NCBI GenBank assembly: GCA_051294375.1
Contig: CM119265.1
Span: 27,100,517-27,164,516 of the forward strand
DNA: 64,000 nucleotides
Source: Paraspadella gotoi
Taxonomy: Eukaryota > Animalia > Chaetognatha
Reading direction: 5' to 3'
Part shown: in pieces, positions 1 to 20,481 of the stretch
How the letters are laid out: each line of letters starts with the position of its first letter
Position numbering within the stretch: position 1 is the first letter of the stretch
Notes under the pieces: model-generated
Seen by the model: the letters and a program-made list of their open reading frames with translations, nothing else
Database searches by the model: none
What the model was told of the DNA's origin: nothing
Program-made: the position numbers and the translations under genes

Positions 1-9740
<9,740 letters not shown>

Positions 9741-9935
9741 AACCGTGCGAACACTTCCGCCCGACGAGTGATCATCCGCGAACGGGGGGCGACGGGGGAT
9801 AAAAAGTGAGGCAAAGAGAGAGAGAGAGAGAAAGAAAAGAAAACGGAGGGGGAGAAAGAGAGGGAGGGAGAGAACGAAATCAGTTTTGGTTCTTCTCGTA
9901 TCTGTCGGAGATCAGAGACGTCATTTCGCTGTCGG

Positions 9936-9946
9936 CGCCATCTTGG
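9936..9946 (-). promoter_or_regulatory. YY1-like motif CAAGATGGCG upstream of the WWP gene
   Basis: Consensus match about 200 bp upstream of ATG 9740. Motif match only; no functional evidence. Confidence 0.3.
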
Positions 9947-10568
9947 TTTTTCATCAGAGGTTTAGGCCCAATATTTTTTTGTGATTTTTTTAGATTTTTC
10001 TTATTTTAATTCGTGGATATGATGAAGTTGCGAAAAAAAGTCACTAGGCGATGCGTTGAGTCATTTGCTGAATAAAAAATAACAGAAAGCTTTTTTGAAG
10101 GGTTCTGAGTGAAACAAATTATAGTAGGATTTAAAAAAATAATTTCACTTAAGGAACGTTACGTTTCCTTCATTCCTGATTCAAACTAGATGACAACATG
10201 ATGTGTACAAATAAATAAATGAAAGAGTAATGTTTTTTTCGAGTTCAATGTTAATATGCGATTTTATGCATCTGTTGTGTTAAAATAAAATAAAATACAC
10301 AACACAACAGATGCGAAAATACGCATATTTGATCGATGCGGCCATTTGTTACGATCATACGTGTCACAAAACATGTCGAATTAAATTAAAAATTGGACCT
10401 TCACTATGGAAAAAACTTGCAAGAGTGATTGATCCGTGAATCATTATCAATTAGCTGATGTGAATTTTAAAAAATTGAGGGAGAGAAATGAAGCGCATTA
10501 ATGTTTGCAAAACATTAAATGACTAATGACTAAAGTTTAAAGTTTTTCTCCGCAACCAGTCACGTGAT

Positions 10569-11990
10569 TTAGTCTCTCGGCAACGTCAAATGACTCAGTC
10601 TTCCGGCGACGATATCGGTGAGTTCCGGCGTCGCGGCGCAAAGTACGCGGCGCGACATGACGTCGAAATCGGCGCCGGTCGGATCGACGACGACGCCGCC
10701 GGCTTCGCGGACGACGAGCGCCGCCGCGGCCATGTCCCAGCAGTGAAGGCCGTATTCGTAATAGGCCTCGGCTGGAGAAATATGAATAAAACTAATTCTA
10801 ATAATACTACCCCAACAATTAGCTAAGCTTCGTCGGTCTTACCGGATCCTCTCGCTACGTAGCACATGTTGAGCGCCGCGGAGCCGAAAGACCGAAGTCC
10901 GTGGACATCCTCGACAAACGACCGCAAGTTGGAAAATATATTTTCAAGTTTTCCAGGTTCTCGGCTGAAAAGGATTGAATAAATTGGATCACGTCAGGCT
11001 CACCATTGAGGAAAAGGCGCTAAGAGGGCTGAAAACTACTATCCGTAACTTCTCTGCCCCCTTGGCAGCAATGTAACGGGTCCTGGGATTGGAACCAAGC
11101 TTGGAAGTTTTCCAGGCCCCGAAGGTTTACGGCCGTTCTCACGCTGATGAGCTGATGAGCTGTTGGCATTACTCAATGAGTCACCGCGTCACGATTGAAG
11201 GAGTGAAGGTGTCATGCTTATTAAGCATTGCATTGCATTGCTTATAGGTGGGGTAAACTTCGTGCAAAGGCCGACAACAGTACTACTAATTGTATTCAAA
11301 TGTCACATGACCCACGTGTTTCCAACTTCGCAAAGAAGGACGGACTGTTTCAACTCTTTGACGCCGGATACTTTGATGGGGTCGCCGTTGCAAAAAGCGC
11401 CGTCGCCGGCCGACGCCGTGAACATTTCGTCGAGGATGGGATTGTAGACGACGGCGACTTGGGGCTCTCGATCGATCCAGAGTCCCATGGAGATGCAGAC
11501 GTGGGGGACGCGGTGGACAAAGTTGGTCGTCCCGTCCACCGGATCGATCATCCACGTGGGGGCGTCGGTGAGAATCGACTCCGCGCCCGCCGCGGTGCTC
11601 TCTTCTCCGATAAAGGCGTGGTCGGGAAAGCGTTCGCGCAGGGTGGAGATGGCGTGGCGTTCGACGGCCTCGTCCGTCTCCGTGACTAAATCGGCGAATC
11701 CGGCTTTCGTCTTGACCGTCTTTTCCGCCATGAATCCTCGTCTATGTTGAAGGGATTGAAGAGGGGCGGGACGAGAGGCATAATTTTATTTTTTATTTTA
11801 TTTATCTTTCATTATTTCTGTAAAAGTTTCTCAACGAAGGCCATTCAAAATTATATGTACGTTCGAGGAAGAAACGATTGGTCGCTTCCGCGTTCGAACT
11901 CCGCCGCGCATGTGCGTACTTGATTATTTCTCCCGACGTTTTAGCGACTTCGATTCCCGCGGCCATAAATTTCGCGTTTTTTCCCGACAT
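10569..11990 (-). CDS. IMPA1: Inositol monophosphatase (IMPA1/2 family), 4 exons
   Basis: Exons ~11990-11920, 11741-11316, 10964-10842, 10771-10569. Motifs DLVTETD, FIGEES, WMIDPVDGTTNFVH, GSAALNMCYVARG, WDMAAAALVVREAGG. Ends LPRD-TAA. Confidence 0.95.
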
Positions 11991-14693
11991 CTTTGGCTTT
12001 TTCGTAGACTGGTTATCAGTTTTAGAATCAGAGTAAAGTATTTTTAAAATAAACACCTAAAACGGCATATTTAAACATGAGTAAAGATGTTTTTAAAAGA
12101 AGACTGGAGTTGGGGACAACAAAAAGTTGGGGCCGAATGGGACAATCGTTAAGTTGTAAAACTCAAAACAACGAAAAATGTAAGGGTTCTACATTTTTTC
12201 TTGTTGGTAGAAATGTAAAAACTAAAAATATGGGGAGCGACTTAACAACGCAGGAGAATGTCATTTAACTAAGACAAAAAGTAAAAACCAGCGGTTCGTG
12301 GTAAGTTTCAAACCAAGTTAGTTTGGGAGGAATTTACAAAAATTCTCTCAAAAATTTTTGAAAATAACGAAATCGTCATACAAATTTTAAACTTGACAAA
12401 TTTTACAGCGATTCAAATATGTAGCAACTGGTTGTCATTATTGATAGATAATGGTAGTTTTTTCAACCTTTCTACCTTTTAATTAGGATTCCATATTTAA
12501 AAAAAAAAGATAACTTCGAATAACTGACTTCCCCCTCCCCCCGAACCAACATGATTTAATCCTACCATCGGCACCAGACGCAAAGACTTAAAAAAGTGCA
12601 ATCGTTTTCAGACCACGTCATCCGTTGTCGTTTAAGTTTTAATCAAAAGCTTTTTTCTCAAGCGTCAGTCTTTGCTCGATTCGATTCCAAAGCCTTGCAT
12701 CTCTTGAGAAAAGAGTTTTAAACTGAAACTGGGAATAAAAGTTAAGTGGGGGGGAAAACGAATTGCGGACTATTTGTGCACCGGAGGTGGTGAGTGAGTT
12801 AAAAGTGACCAAACGAATGTAATAAACGGATGAGGAAATGAGAATACTGAACGCGAGAGAAAGAGAGAAGAAGAAGAAACAGAGACAATGTACAAAAAGT
12901 TGTTTCTCGGCAAATTGCGTTTAATCTTCTGGTGACCAAAAAAAAAAACAACTAAAAAGCAAAGAGTGACTTTTTTTTTAAAAACATGACAACACAAACA
13001 CTAAGATAATAAAGATATTCTACATGAATAATGACATGTAAACAATCTATCAAGATTTGACCAAAAAAAAGACGAATGAAGTCAGGATCGACGAGAGGAC
13101 GCCATAAAAATGTTCGCAATATTTTATTTTATATAAAAATTAAAGCTTTTTTTAATAAAAGATTAGATTTAGAAAACAGATCTCAGGGTTTAAAGCAACT
13201 TCTGCAAATTATTTCTGAGAAAACTTGAATTTATCAAGGGGCTGGTTTGAGACAATGGCCCTTTGCCACATAAAACAAATAAGCTGACAATATTAATTTT
13301 TCTTTAAGAACCATTAAAAGAGAAATTAACGGCAATTGAAAAGTATCGCTTATCTAATTTTAGATAAAATAAGTACAATTTTTAACGAATTAGTTATCCA
13401 AAAAAAAATCATCCTCAGTCTTTAAAATCGCCCAAAAAACTTGACTAGCTCTAAAATGAAAAAGGAAATGCCTCTGTAGAGTGCGACGTGTTATAAAAAA
13501 ATAATTATAATTCTTATGATTTAATCATGGTCGCGCGAGACAGCGTGGCTGACAAATAAAACGAAGAATTCTGTTCTAAGAGAGAATTCTCAAACACATT
13601 TTTTCACAAAGCATAAAATTGAAAAAATGTTTTTGTTGTCAGAAAAAAAGTAGATGATAGTGTACATCGTAGTATGCAACCAGAATACAAAGTGTTATTG
13701 TGGCAGTCGATAGTGAAAGACGTATCACTCAAAATGAAAACTAGTAAGAGTGCTAACGTTAGTAAAAGGTTCTTCTTTATCACTACAATCGAATGGCCTA
13801 CATTTGACTTTATAAGCCTTTACTATCGACTGATATATAAAGGATATTGCACGAAAATTGCACAAATGACGACGGTAAGTCAACATAAATATAGTGACGA
13901 GAAATTGGAGATGTAGGTTTATAAAAAAAAGTAGGTACTTTGGGTAGTGGTGTAAGAGTAAAAATGCAAATAAAATCTTTGATCCTTTTACAGAAGAAGC
14001 TTGAATGATATAGTGAACAGTTTTTTTTGTAATTTTATACAGTTTCATGATTATTTTGCGGTTCAAGCGAAAAAAAAACACGAGTGGAATTATGTAGGTT
14101 AATATATATATTCCTCAATTTATAATCTCTTTCGTTTGGTGCATCGTCTCAATGTGTGTGAAGAATGAAAAAAAAATTTTTAACGTTATCCTGTTTTTTG
14201 TTTTTTTTTAATTCTTTGATGGAAAAAGCATCAAAACAAAATGGAATACAATATACTGCTTCCCTTTTTCTTCTTGACTAGATCAGAAATAATATAAGAC
14301 TCGGGAAGGAAGAAAAAAAAACGACTACAATTACAATATGCTCCTGGATTAAGATTTTTTTGTTTTGGTGTTGACAAGAAAACGAACACTAACGTGGCAC
14401 AATCGACGAGGGGGTCGTTGGATGGCACCGACACACAAAAAAAAGAAGAAGACAAAAGACCGAGCACGGTTCGAGACAAAGGAAGAGGGTGGGCAAGCTT
14501 GTTCGATCCCGTTTTTTTTAATCCTACCAACCAATTTCTTGGGATATATATTGATTAATTCCCGTTAGATTTCTGCGAACGTTTTCTCGAAAATACCAAA
14601 AGGGAGAAAGTTGAGAAAAAAAAGGGGTTTATTTTTAGTAGTAAAAAAAACCCCTTAAAAAGGGACGCTCTCTCTCTCTCTCTATTGTTGTTT

Positions 14694-17558
14694 TCAGTTG
14701 TTAATCTCAGAGACGGCGAGAGCGCCGTTGGTGATGGTGGTAGGAGTTTCGGACGAATCGCTGCCCACGGCGTTGGCGCTGCTGGCACAGTCGCTGCTGC
14801 TCACGCTGCTGCTGGTCACGCTGGCGGCGAGGATCGCCGTGGCGCCGGGTGGCGCCACGACGCCCGGCGCCGCTTCCGGCGAACTGGCGGAAGACGCGGC
14901 GCCGGAGAGGCCGGCGACGACGGCGGTCGGCGAACCGGAGATGGCGTTAATGATGGTAACGCCGCCGCCGCCGCCCGAGAGCGCCATCCCGCCGGCGGTC
15001 TTGATCGCAGAGGTGACCATAGCCTGCCGCTGCTTCTTTCGTCTCGCGTGCTCGTTCTTCAGTTCCCGTTGCATTCTCTCCACGACTTCGCATTTGCGCA
15101 TCTTGCAGATCTGATGGCCAACGTGCCGATTCTGACACGCGTAGCACGTGTTGCAATTCTCCTTAACGACGCAACGCACGCACGTGCCGCAAGATTTCAG
15201 TTTCTCCGCTCGGGGGCGCTTGACGATGGTGACGTCACCGTCCGGGGTGCCCGGATCCGAGCCGGTGTCCCCGCCGCTGATGGAACCGCCGCCAAGCGGG
15301 CTGCGGACGGGCTTGGGACGCTTTTTGGCCGAGAGTACGACGGAGCCGCCGCCTCCGCCGCCGCCGGTTTTCGAGTGCAGCGTCGACGCGTGCTGCTGCG
15401 CTGTGAGGGCGACGGCTGCGGGGGATCCAACGGGCTGCTGCGACGACGTCACGTCGGAGAATCCCGTGACGGCGTTGGGATCCGGCGTCGTGGAAACGGC
15501 GCCGGCAGCGATGGTCGTGGCCCATGGAGTGGCGCCGGCCGGAAGGACTTGTATCGCGCCCGCAGGAGCGACAATGGTGTTTCCGGTGCTGGGATCCGTT
15601 TGGATCGTAGTGCCGGCCGGTTGCGGCGCGTAGTAGGTCACCGTGCCGCCGGGACCCGGCGCCGCGGCGATGAGGGGCGTGGCCGAGGCGGCGCCGAAGG
15701 GCATGAGAAAAGAAGGATAAGCGGATCCGGACGACGCCGCCACCGCCACCTGCTGCTGCCCGTTGGACGCCGTCGCCGCCGGTTGGGCGGTCGCGGTGGC
15801 CGCCGCGCCGCCACTTCCGCCGCCCGCTTCGGGGTTGGCCGCTATGACGTAGGTGAAGGGAATCCCGCCGGCGGAGAGGGCGCCGGAGAGGGCGTACGGA
15901 TTGACGATGGTCTGTCCGTTAAACTCGGCCGCGTAGGCGGTCGTCGCGTAGGGAAAAAGGGCGGGCTGAGCAGAGTCACCGCCCGCCTGAGGAACGCCTC
16001 CGTAATTGTACATGGTCATGGGATGCATTGCTGGAGCGAAGATGGAGTGCTGCTCCGCCGAGACAGCCTCCGCCTCCTGGGACTGCTGCTGCAGCTCTTT
16101 AGTGTCCAGAGTCTTGGGCTCATCATCGTCGTCGCCGACTTCCTTTGCGGAGCCCGCCGACGCCGCCGCGGCGGAGGAAGCGTCGCCGGTTTCGCCGCCG
16201 TCGGCGATGACCAAATCTCCTTGGGACGAAGCTTGAGTATCGTTGTCCGTCGAGTGGGCCGCGGCGGGGGTGGCGGCGGCGTCGGACGGGGCGGTGTCGG
16301 AAGCGTCGCCGAGATTCGAAGGGTCGACGGAGGTCGTGCTCTCCGGCACCTCTTCCTTGACGGTCGTACGGTCAGCTGCGGCGACCGTCAAGAAAGCCGG
16401 GCTGAAGATCGTGTCGCCTGTGGGCGCCGGCGTGGCGGCGACGACCGGTTTGGCATCGAGCATTTTGGCGCAGGGTTTCACGTCGACGATGGGTTTATTG
16501 TCTTCGCCTTCGAACTCGAAATCGATTGAAGACAACGCCTCTTGCAGAATGTCTTCTCCAGCCGCCACCGCTGTCGCGTGGGCGTCGTTGACCGGCGTCG
16601 TAACCGCCGCGGCGCTGGACAGAGTCGGCGCCGATACTACAGGCGACGCGGCCACGAGCGGCGAGGCGGAGGCGCCTGCCAGCGCCGCCATCGGCGCGGA
16701 AATGACTTGCGGGGCCAGCGGGGCGTGAGAGACGACGGGGCTGGCGGCGATGGCGCCAGAGGGAAGGGCGACGGCGGAGACGACGGTGGCTGCGGCGACG
16801 GGCGACTTGGCGGCGTTGGCGGCGCCGTTAGGCGTGGTGTACCAGTTCTGATAACGCGGCGCGTCGGTGCCCGTCGTCCGCGTCTTGACCGCCTCTTTCC
16901 CGATCGGCGCCCCGCAGAGCAGATGAGATTTGGGACCTTTGTTCTCGGCGGCGACGCGTTGGATCGCCGTCAAGAGGGCGATGACCTCCGCCGATGAAGC
17001 CAGACGCCCTTCGTCCGCGACGCCACCCGCCGACTGGCCGCGCCCGGCGCCGGAAGACGGCGTCGTCGTCGGCTGGGCGCCGCCGGCCGTCAGGTCCTTG
17101 ATGACGTACGACCAGAAGTGAGTTCGGCTCCGTCGAGGTTTCGAGTTCTTTTCGGGGGTCATGACCACCACCTTGTCGCACCCTGCCCGCCATGTCTCCA
17201 TGTCCAGATCCATGTGGAGCAGGCAGATGTTCGTGTAGGTCTTTTCTTTGACCTTGACCTTTTCGGTGGACTCCGCTTTGTCCTTGGCATCCTTAGAGTC
17301 TTTGTCCTCGCCGTCAACGATCGGTTCCGGTTCCTTCTTAACGTCCATTGTTGTTGTTGTTGTTGTCGGCATCGACGTCGTGGTTCCTGAACCTTCCTCC
17401 TTCGGGCAACCCGGAATGATGGCCCACCCAGGAGGCAGCAAACCGGGAAGCAGGAGCATGGCGTCCTGGGGCGTGGCCATTGGGAAATCGCTGGTGGCCG
17501 TCTGGCACTCTGCCTCTTTGCTGGTCGGAGCCCCGACCGCGTATCGACTGCGGTGCAT
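14694..17558 (-). CDS. Intronless 954-aa low-complexity protein with a C-terminal CXXC zinc finger of the CXXC4/CXXC5/TET type
   Basis: Single ORF. CGTCVRCVVKENCNTCYACQNRHVGHQICKMRKC (~15190-15090) matches the CXXC4/5 (IDAX/RINF) pattern with the HQIC(K)xRKC tail. Preceded by basic NLS-like KKRPK/KRPR. Confidence 0.85.
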   Translation of the reverse strand: MHRSRYAVGAPTSKEAECQTATSDFPMATPQDAMLLLPGLLPPGWAIIPGCPKEEGSGTTTSMPTTTTTTMDVKKEPEPIVDGEDKDSKDAKDKAESTEKVKVKEKTYTNICLLHMDLDMETWRAGCDKVVVMTPEKNSKPRRSRTHFWSYVIKDLTAGGAQPTTTPSSGAGRGQSAGGVADEGRLASSAEVIALLTAIQRVAAENKGPKSHLLCGAPIGKEAVKTRTTGTDAPRYQNWYTTPNGAANAAKSPVAAATVVSAVALPSGAIAASPVVSHAPLAPQVISAPMAALAGASASPLVAASPVVSAPTLSSAAAVTTPVNDAHATAVAAGEDILQEALSSIDFEFEGEDNKPIVDVKPCAKMLDAKPVVAATPAPTGDTIFSPAFLTVAAADRTTVKEEVPESTTSVDPSNLGDASDTAPSDAAATPAAAHSTDNDTQASSQGDLVIADGGETGDASSAAAASAGSAKEVGDDDDEPKTLDTKELQQQSQEAEAVSAEQHSIFAPAMHPMTMYNYGGVPQAGGDSAQPALFPYATTAYAAEFNGQTIVNPYALSGALSAGGIPFTYVIAANPEAGGGSGGAAATATAQPAATASNGQQQVAVAASSGSAYPSFLMPFGAASATPLIAAAPGPGGTVTYYAPQPAGTTIQTDPSTGNTIVAPAGAIQVLPAGATPWATTIAAGAVSTTPDPNAVTGFSDVTSSQQPVGSPAAVALTAQQHASTLHSKTGGGGGGGSVVLSAKKRPKPVRSPLGGGSISGGDTGSDPGTPDGDVTIVKRPRAEKLKSCGTCVRCVVKENCNTCYACQNRHVGHQICKMRKCEVVERMQRELKNEHARRKKQRQAMVTSAIKTAGGMALSGGGGGVTIINAISGSPTAVVAGLSGAASSASSPEAAPGVVAPPGATAILAASVTSSSVSSSDCASSANAVGSDSSETPTTITNGALAVSEINN

Positions 17559-20481
17559 GGTGCGCGGCTTTTATGCTACGTGGTTATTTTGCCTCCCTAA
17601 CGTCGCGCGACGGACAAAAAGTTGAGAATCGCGTCTTCGGTCGCGCTTTTCGATGCGAGAAACGCGCGCGTGAGCGAGAGACGTGATTCCAAAATCAGTT
17701 CCGGCGTCGAATCAAAAAGATTTTCTGGTTTTTTAAGTTTTTTTGGTTGTTGTTGTAGTTGTTGTTCGCTAATCTCTTTCCCCCTCTCTCTCTCTCCCCT
17801 TCTCCGATTGAGCGAGCACCAGCGCGGCAGGATTTCAATCGCGGACTCCGACGGAAGCTTGGAAGGTGGGCGGCGGCCTGAAGAGGGGGGAAGACGACGC
17901 CAGCGGCGACGGAGGTCCTTCGGAGGCGCAAAGAGGAGAAGGGCGTCCCCAAGTGGTCGACGAGCGAGTGGGAGGAAGGGACGAGGATCGCGAGAGGAAT
18001 TAAAAGTGGAAATGGATTGGCGCGACTCTCAACGAGGTCGTCCGTCCACTCGTCGAATCACTTCGTCGACTCGGATCGAATCCGCGAGATTTCTTCGCTC
18101 GATTCATTTGTCGCTTCCACGTGAGATGGCGTCTCTTTGCGTCCGACGCCATGAGGAGGGGGGGAAAGGGGGCGGAAGCTGAGATACAGGGGCGAGCTTT
18201 AGAGGAAGAGGGCGGCGAGTCCGTCCGGCGTCATGACGGAGCGGAGGTTAATAAGGGAGCGAGACGGATGGGCGACGGGGGAAAATATTAAGATTCAAAT
18301 GAACCTTTTTTTTTAATTTTTGGTTCCGGCTGTGGTGGGGGATAAAAAAGGTAAGGCGAGGGAAAATTTAAAGCGACTAAAACGAATCAAATGAGAAAAT
18401 CAAACTGCATTATTGAAAAATATAAAACTAGATGCAATAGTTATAAAAGGTTAAAAAAACATGATGAATGAGAAAGTCCGGAATCGAGGGTAAGTTAACG
18501 CTTGGGTCCAGAATTAAGCGGCGCCGACGACGAGCGATGAAAAAGTGAGTAAGAGGGAATCGCTTATGGCGTCGATTCGTCGCGGAACAAGAAATGGTGA
18601 GGACGAAGACCCAATCGAAAAAGGAAAAACTGGACGAGCGACTCGAAGAGAAAAAAAAAGAGGCGTAAGTTGTAAATTGACGTAACATTTCGGTTTCTTT
18701 CTTTCCTTTATTTCATTTCTGGTCCGATTCTTATTGTTTCAGCGTCGAAAACTGTACCCCGTCTACATCGGCAACAGTGAGCGGCAGGAGCGTCAGGGCT
18801 CGCCGAGGGACGCGGCAGGGGCGCGGGCTGCGGCGGAGAGCAGCGGCGGCGGCGGAGCACCTGCGCTTTTGACGTCACCGTCGCCCCCTTCTTCTCTTTG
18901 GTGCTGCCGCCCTCAGGGTGGCGAGCGATTCGAGGGCCCGAGGGTCAGGTCGCGGCCTCTGGCGAGCGAGGTGAGAAAGTTTTGAAGAGGAAGGAAACAA
19001 AAGACGTGGAACATTTAAGGATTTTAGTTAAAGCTTAAGACTCAAAGAAAAGAAGAGTCAAAGAGATTTAATTTATAGTCTCGTTCACTCGTTTTAAATT
19101 AGATAATTGTGTGGCAGCAACCTTCAAGCGATCGAGGAATCTCGAGAAACCAATTCTAGCTTTCCTCTCTGACTTTGCTGACATTAAAACGTAATTTCCG
19201 TTGAAGAATTAACATTCCCGATCTGAACCTCGTCTCGTGAACACTTGCCAGTTGCCAGAATTAATCATTAAGCGAGACTTTCACAATTTTTGTCTCAGCT
19301 TATTTCTTTACTAAAATTTGTATTTTTTTGGCGACAACAACCAAACGACACGACTTCAGGTCCGAGCACGTTCTCGTTACGATTTACACCTATACTGAAA
19401 CCATTATTCACTGTTATTTCTATAATTGTTTTAATTTTTTTAGCTTTAGTTTTGGATACTTTTTTCCCTAATCCTCTGTATGTTTTTCGCGTTAAACGTC
19501 TCTCTTTGAACTCCTCGTGTAACTTTTAAGAAACTAACTTTCTTCGCGGCATCACAAGAACCCATCAACATTTGTACAATTTATAACAGAAAATTATTCT
19601 CTTTTGTTTTCAATCTGTATTGTATCATTGTAGAGACGAATACAATTACATTTAACTATTTTACAAAGAGTAACTTCCTACGGGAAAAAATACTCCCTTG
19701 ACTGACCAAAGAAACAAAACAATTTCTTTATTTTTTTTTTTTTCAATACATTAATTCATCTGATCGTAGTGCTACAAAGGCCATGTACTGCCATCTAGTA
19801 AACAACAAATAAAACAATAAGGCTAACAATAATAAAGATGCTTCTTTTTTTTTTTCAAACCAAACCAAAGGATGATTTCATGAACTGTTCTTTATTCCCA
19901 ATGCATCTAAATAGTTGACCCCAAGTTCTTTCTTTCAGTCGATAAAATAAGTATTCAAAAATAAAGGTGTTTTCGTGGCACGTCAGAGGAAAATGAAATT
20001 GGTTAAAGTTTATTATTTACAAGTAATTTCTTCTTTAATGAGTGAAGGGGGTCGAATTATTTCAAGTGACTTTTTTTTTTAAGATAATCCTTGCGCGTGA
20101 ATAGATTTTCTGAAAAAGAAAAAGAATAAGAATTAGAATAAATAATTAATTATTAATTTAATCATTCACCTGTTCCCCTAGGGGATACTGTCCGCGTGTG
20201 GATCGAATAGAAGAGTAGAGGCGAAATCGAGAGGAAAAGAAGGAAAGGAGAAGGGGGGGGGGGAAAGTCTCGTCGTGAAACGGTTATGAATCCAATTAAC
20301 CCAATTCTCAAAAAACGTCTGATTGGTGGAAGTTATATCGTAAGGGAGGGGGGAAGAAGGTAGATAAAGAGAGATGGAGAGAAAGAGGAAAAGAAGAGGG
20401 AGAAAATTCTGGGTTTTTTTCGTCGCAATGTACAATGAAAGTTTTTTTCCCCCTCGAGGGGAAAGACGGCGGGAGACGAGA

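Noticed and set aside
11040-11170. CTGATGAG duplication as a hammerhead, or a tRNA gene on the minus strand
   Set aside because: No properly placed GAAA or stems. The A/B-box-like motifs do not support a cloverleaf; at most a decayed SINE.
14685-16529. 614-aa plus-strand ORF, and similar plus-strand ORFs opposite other exons (20723-21364, 62019-63401)
   Set aside because: Antisense shadows of GC-rich minus-strand coding sequence. They are Arg/Gly-rich, have no recognisable domain, and their limits track the real exons.
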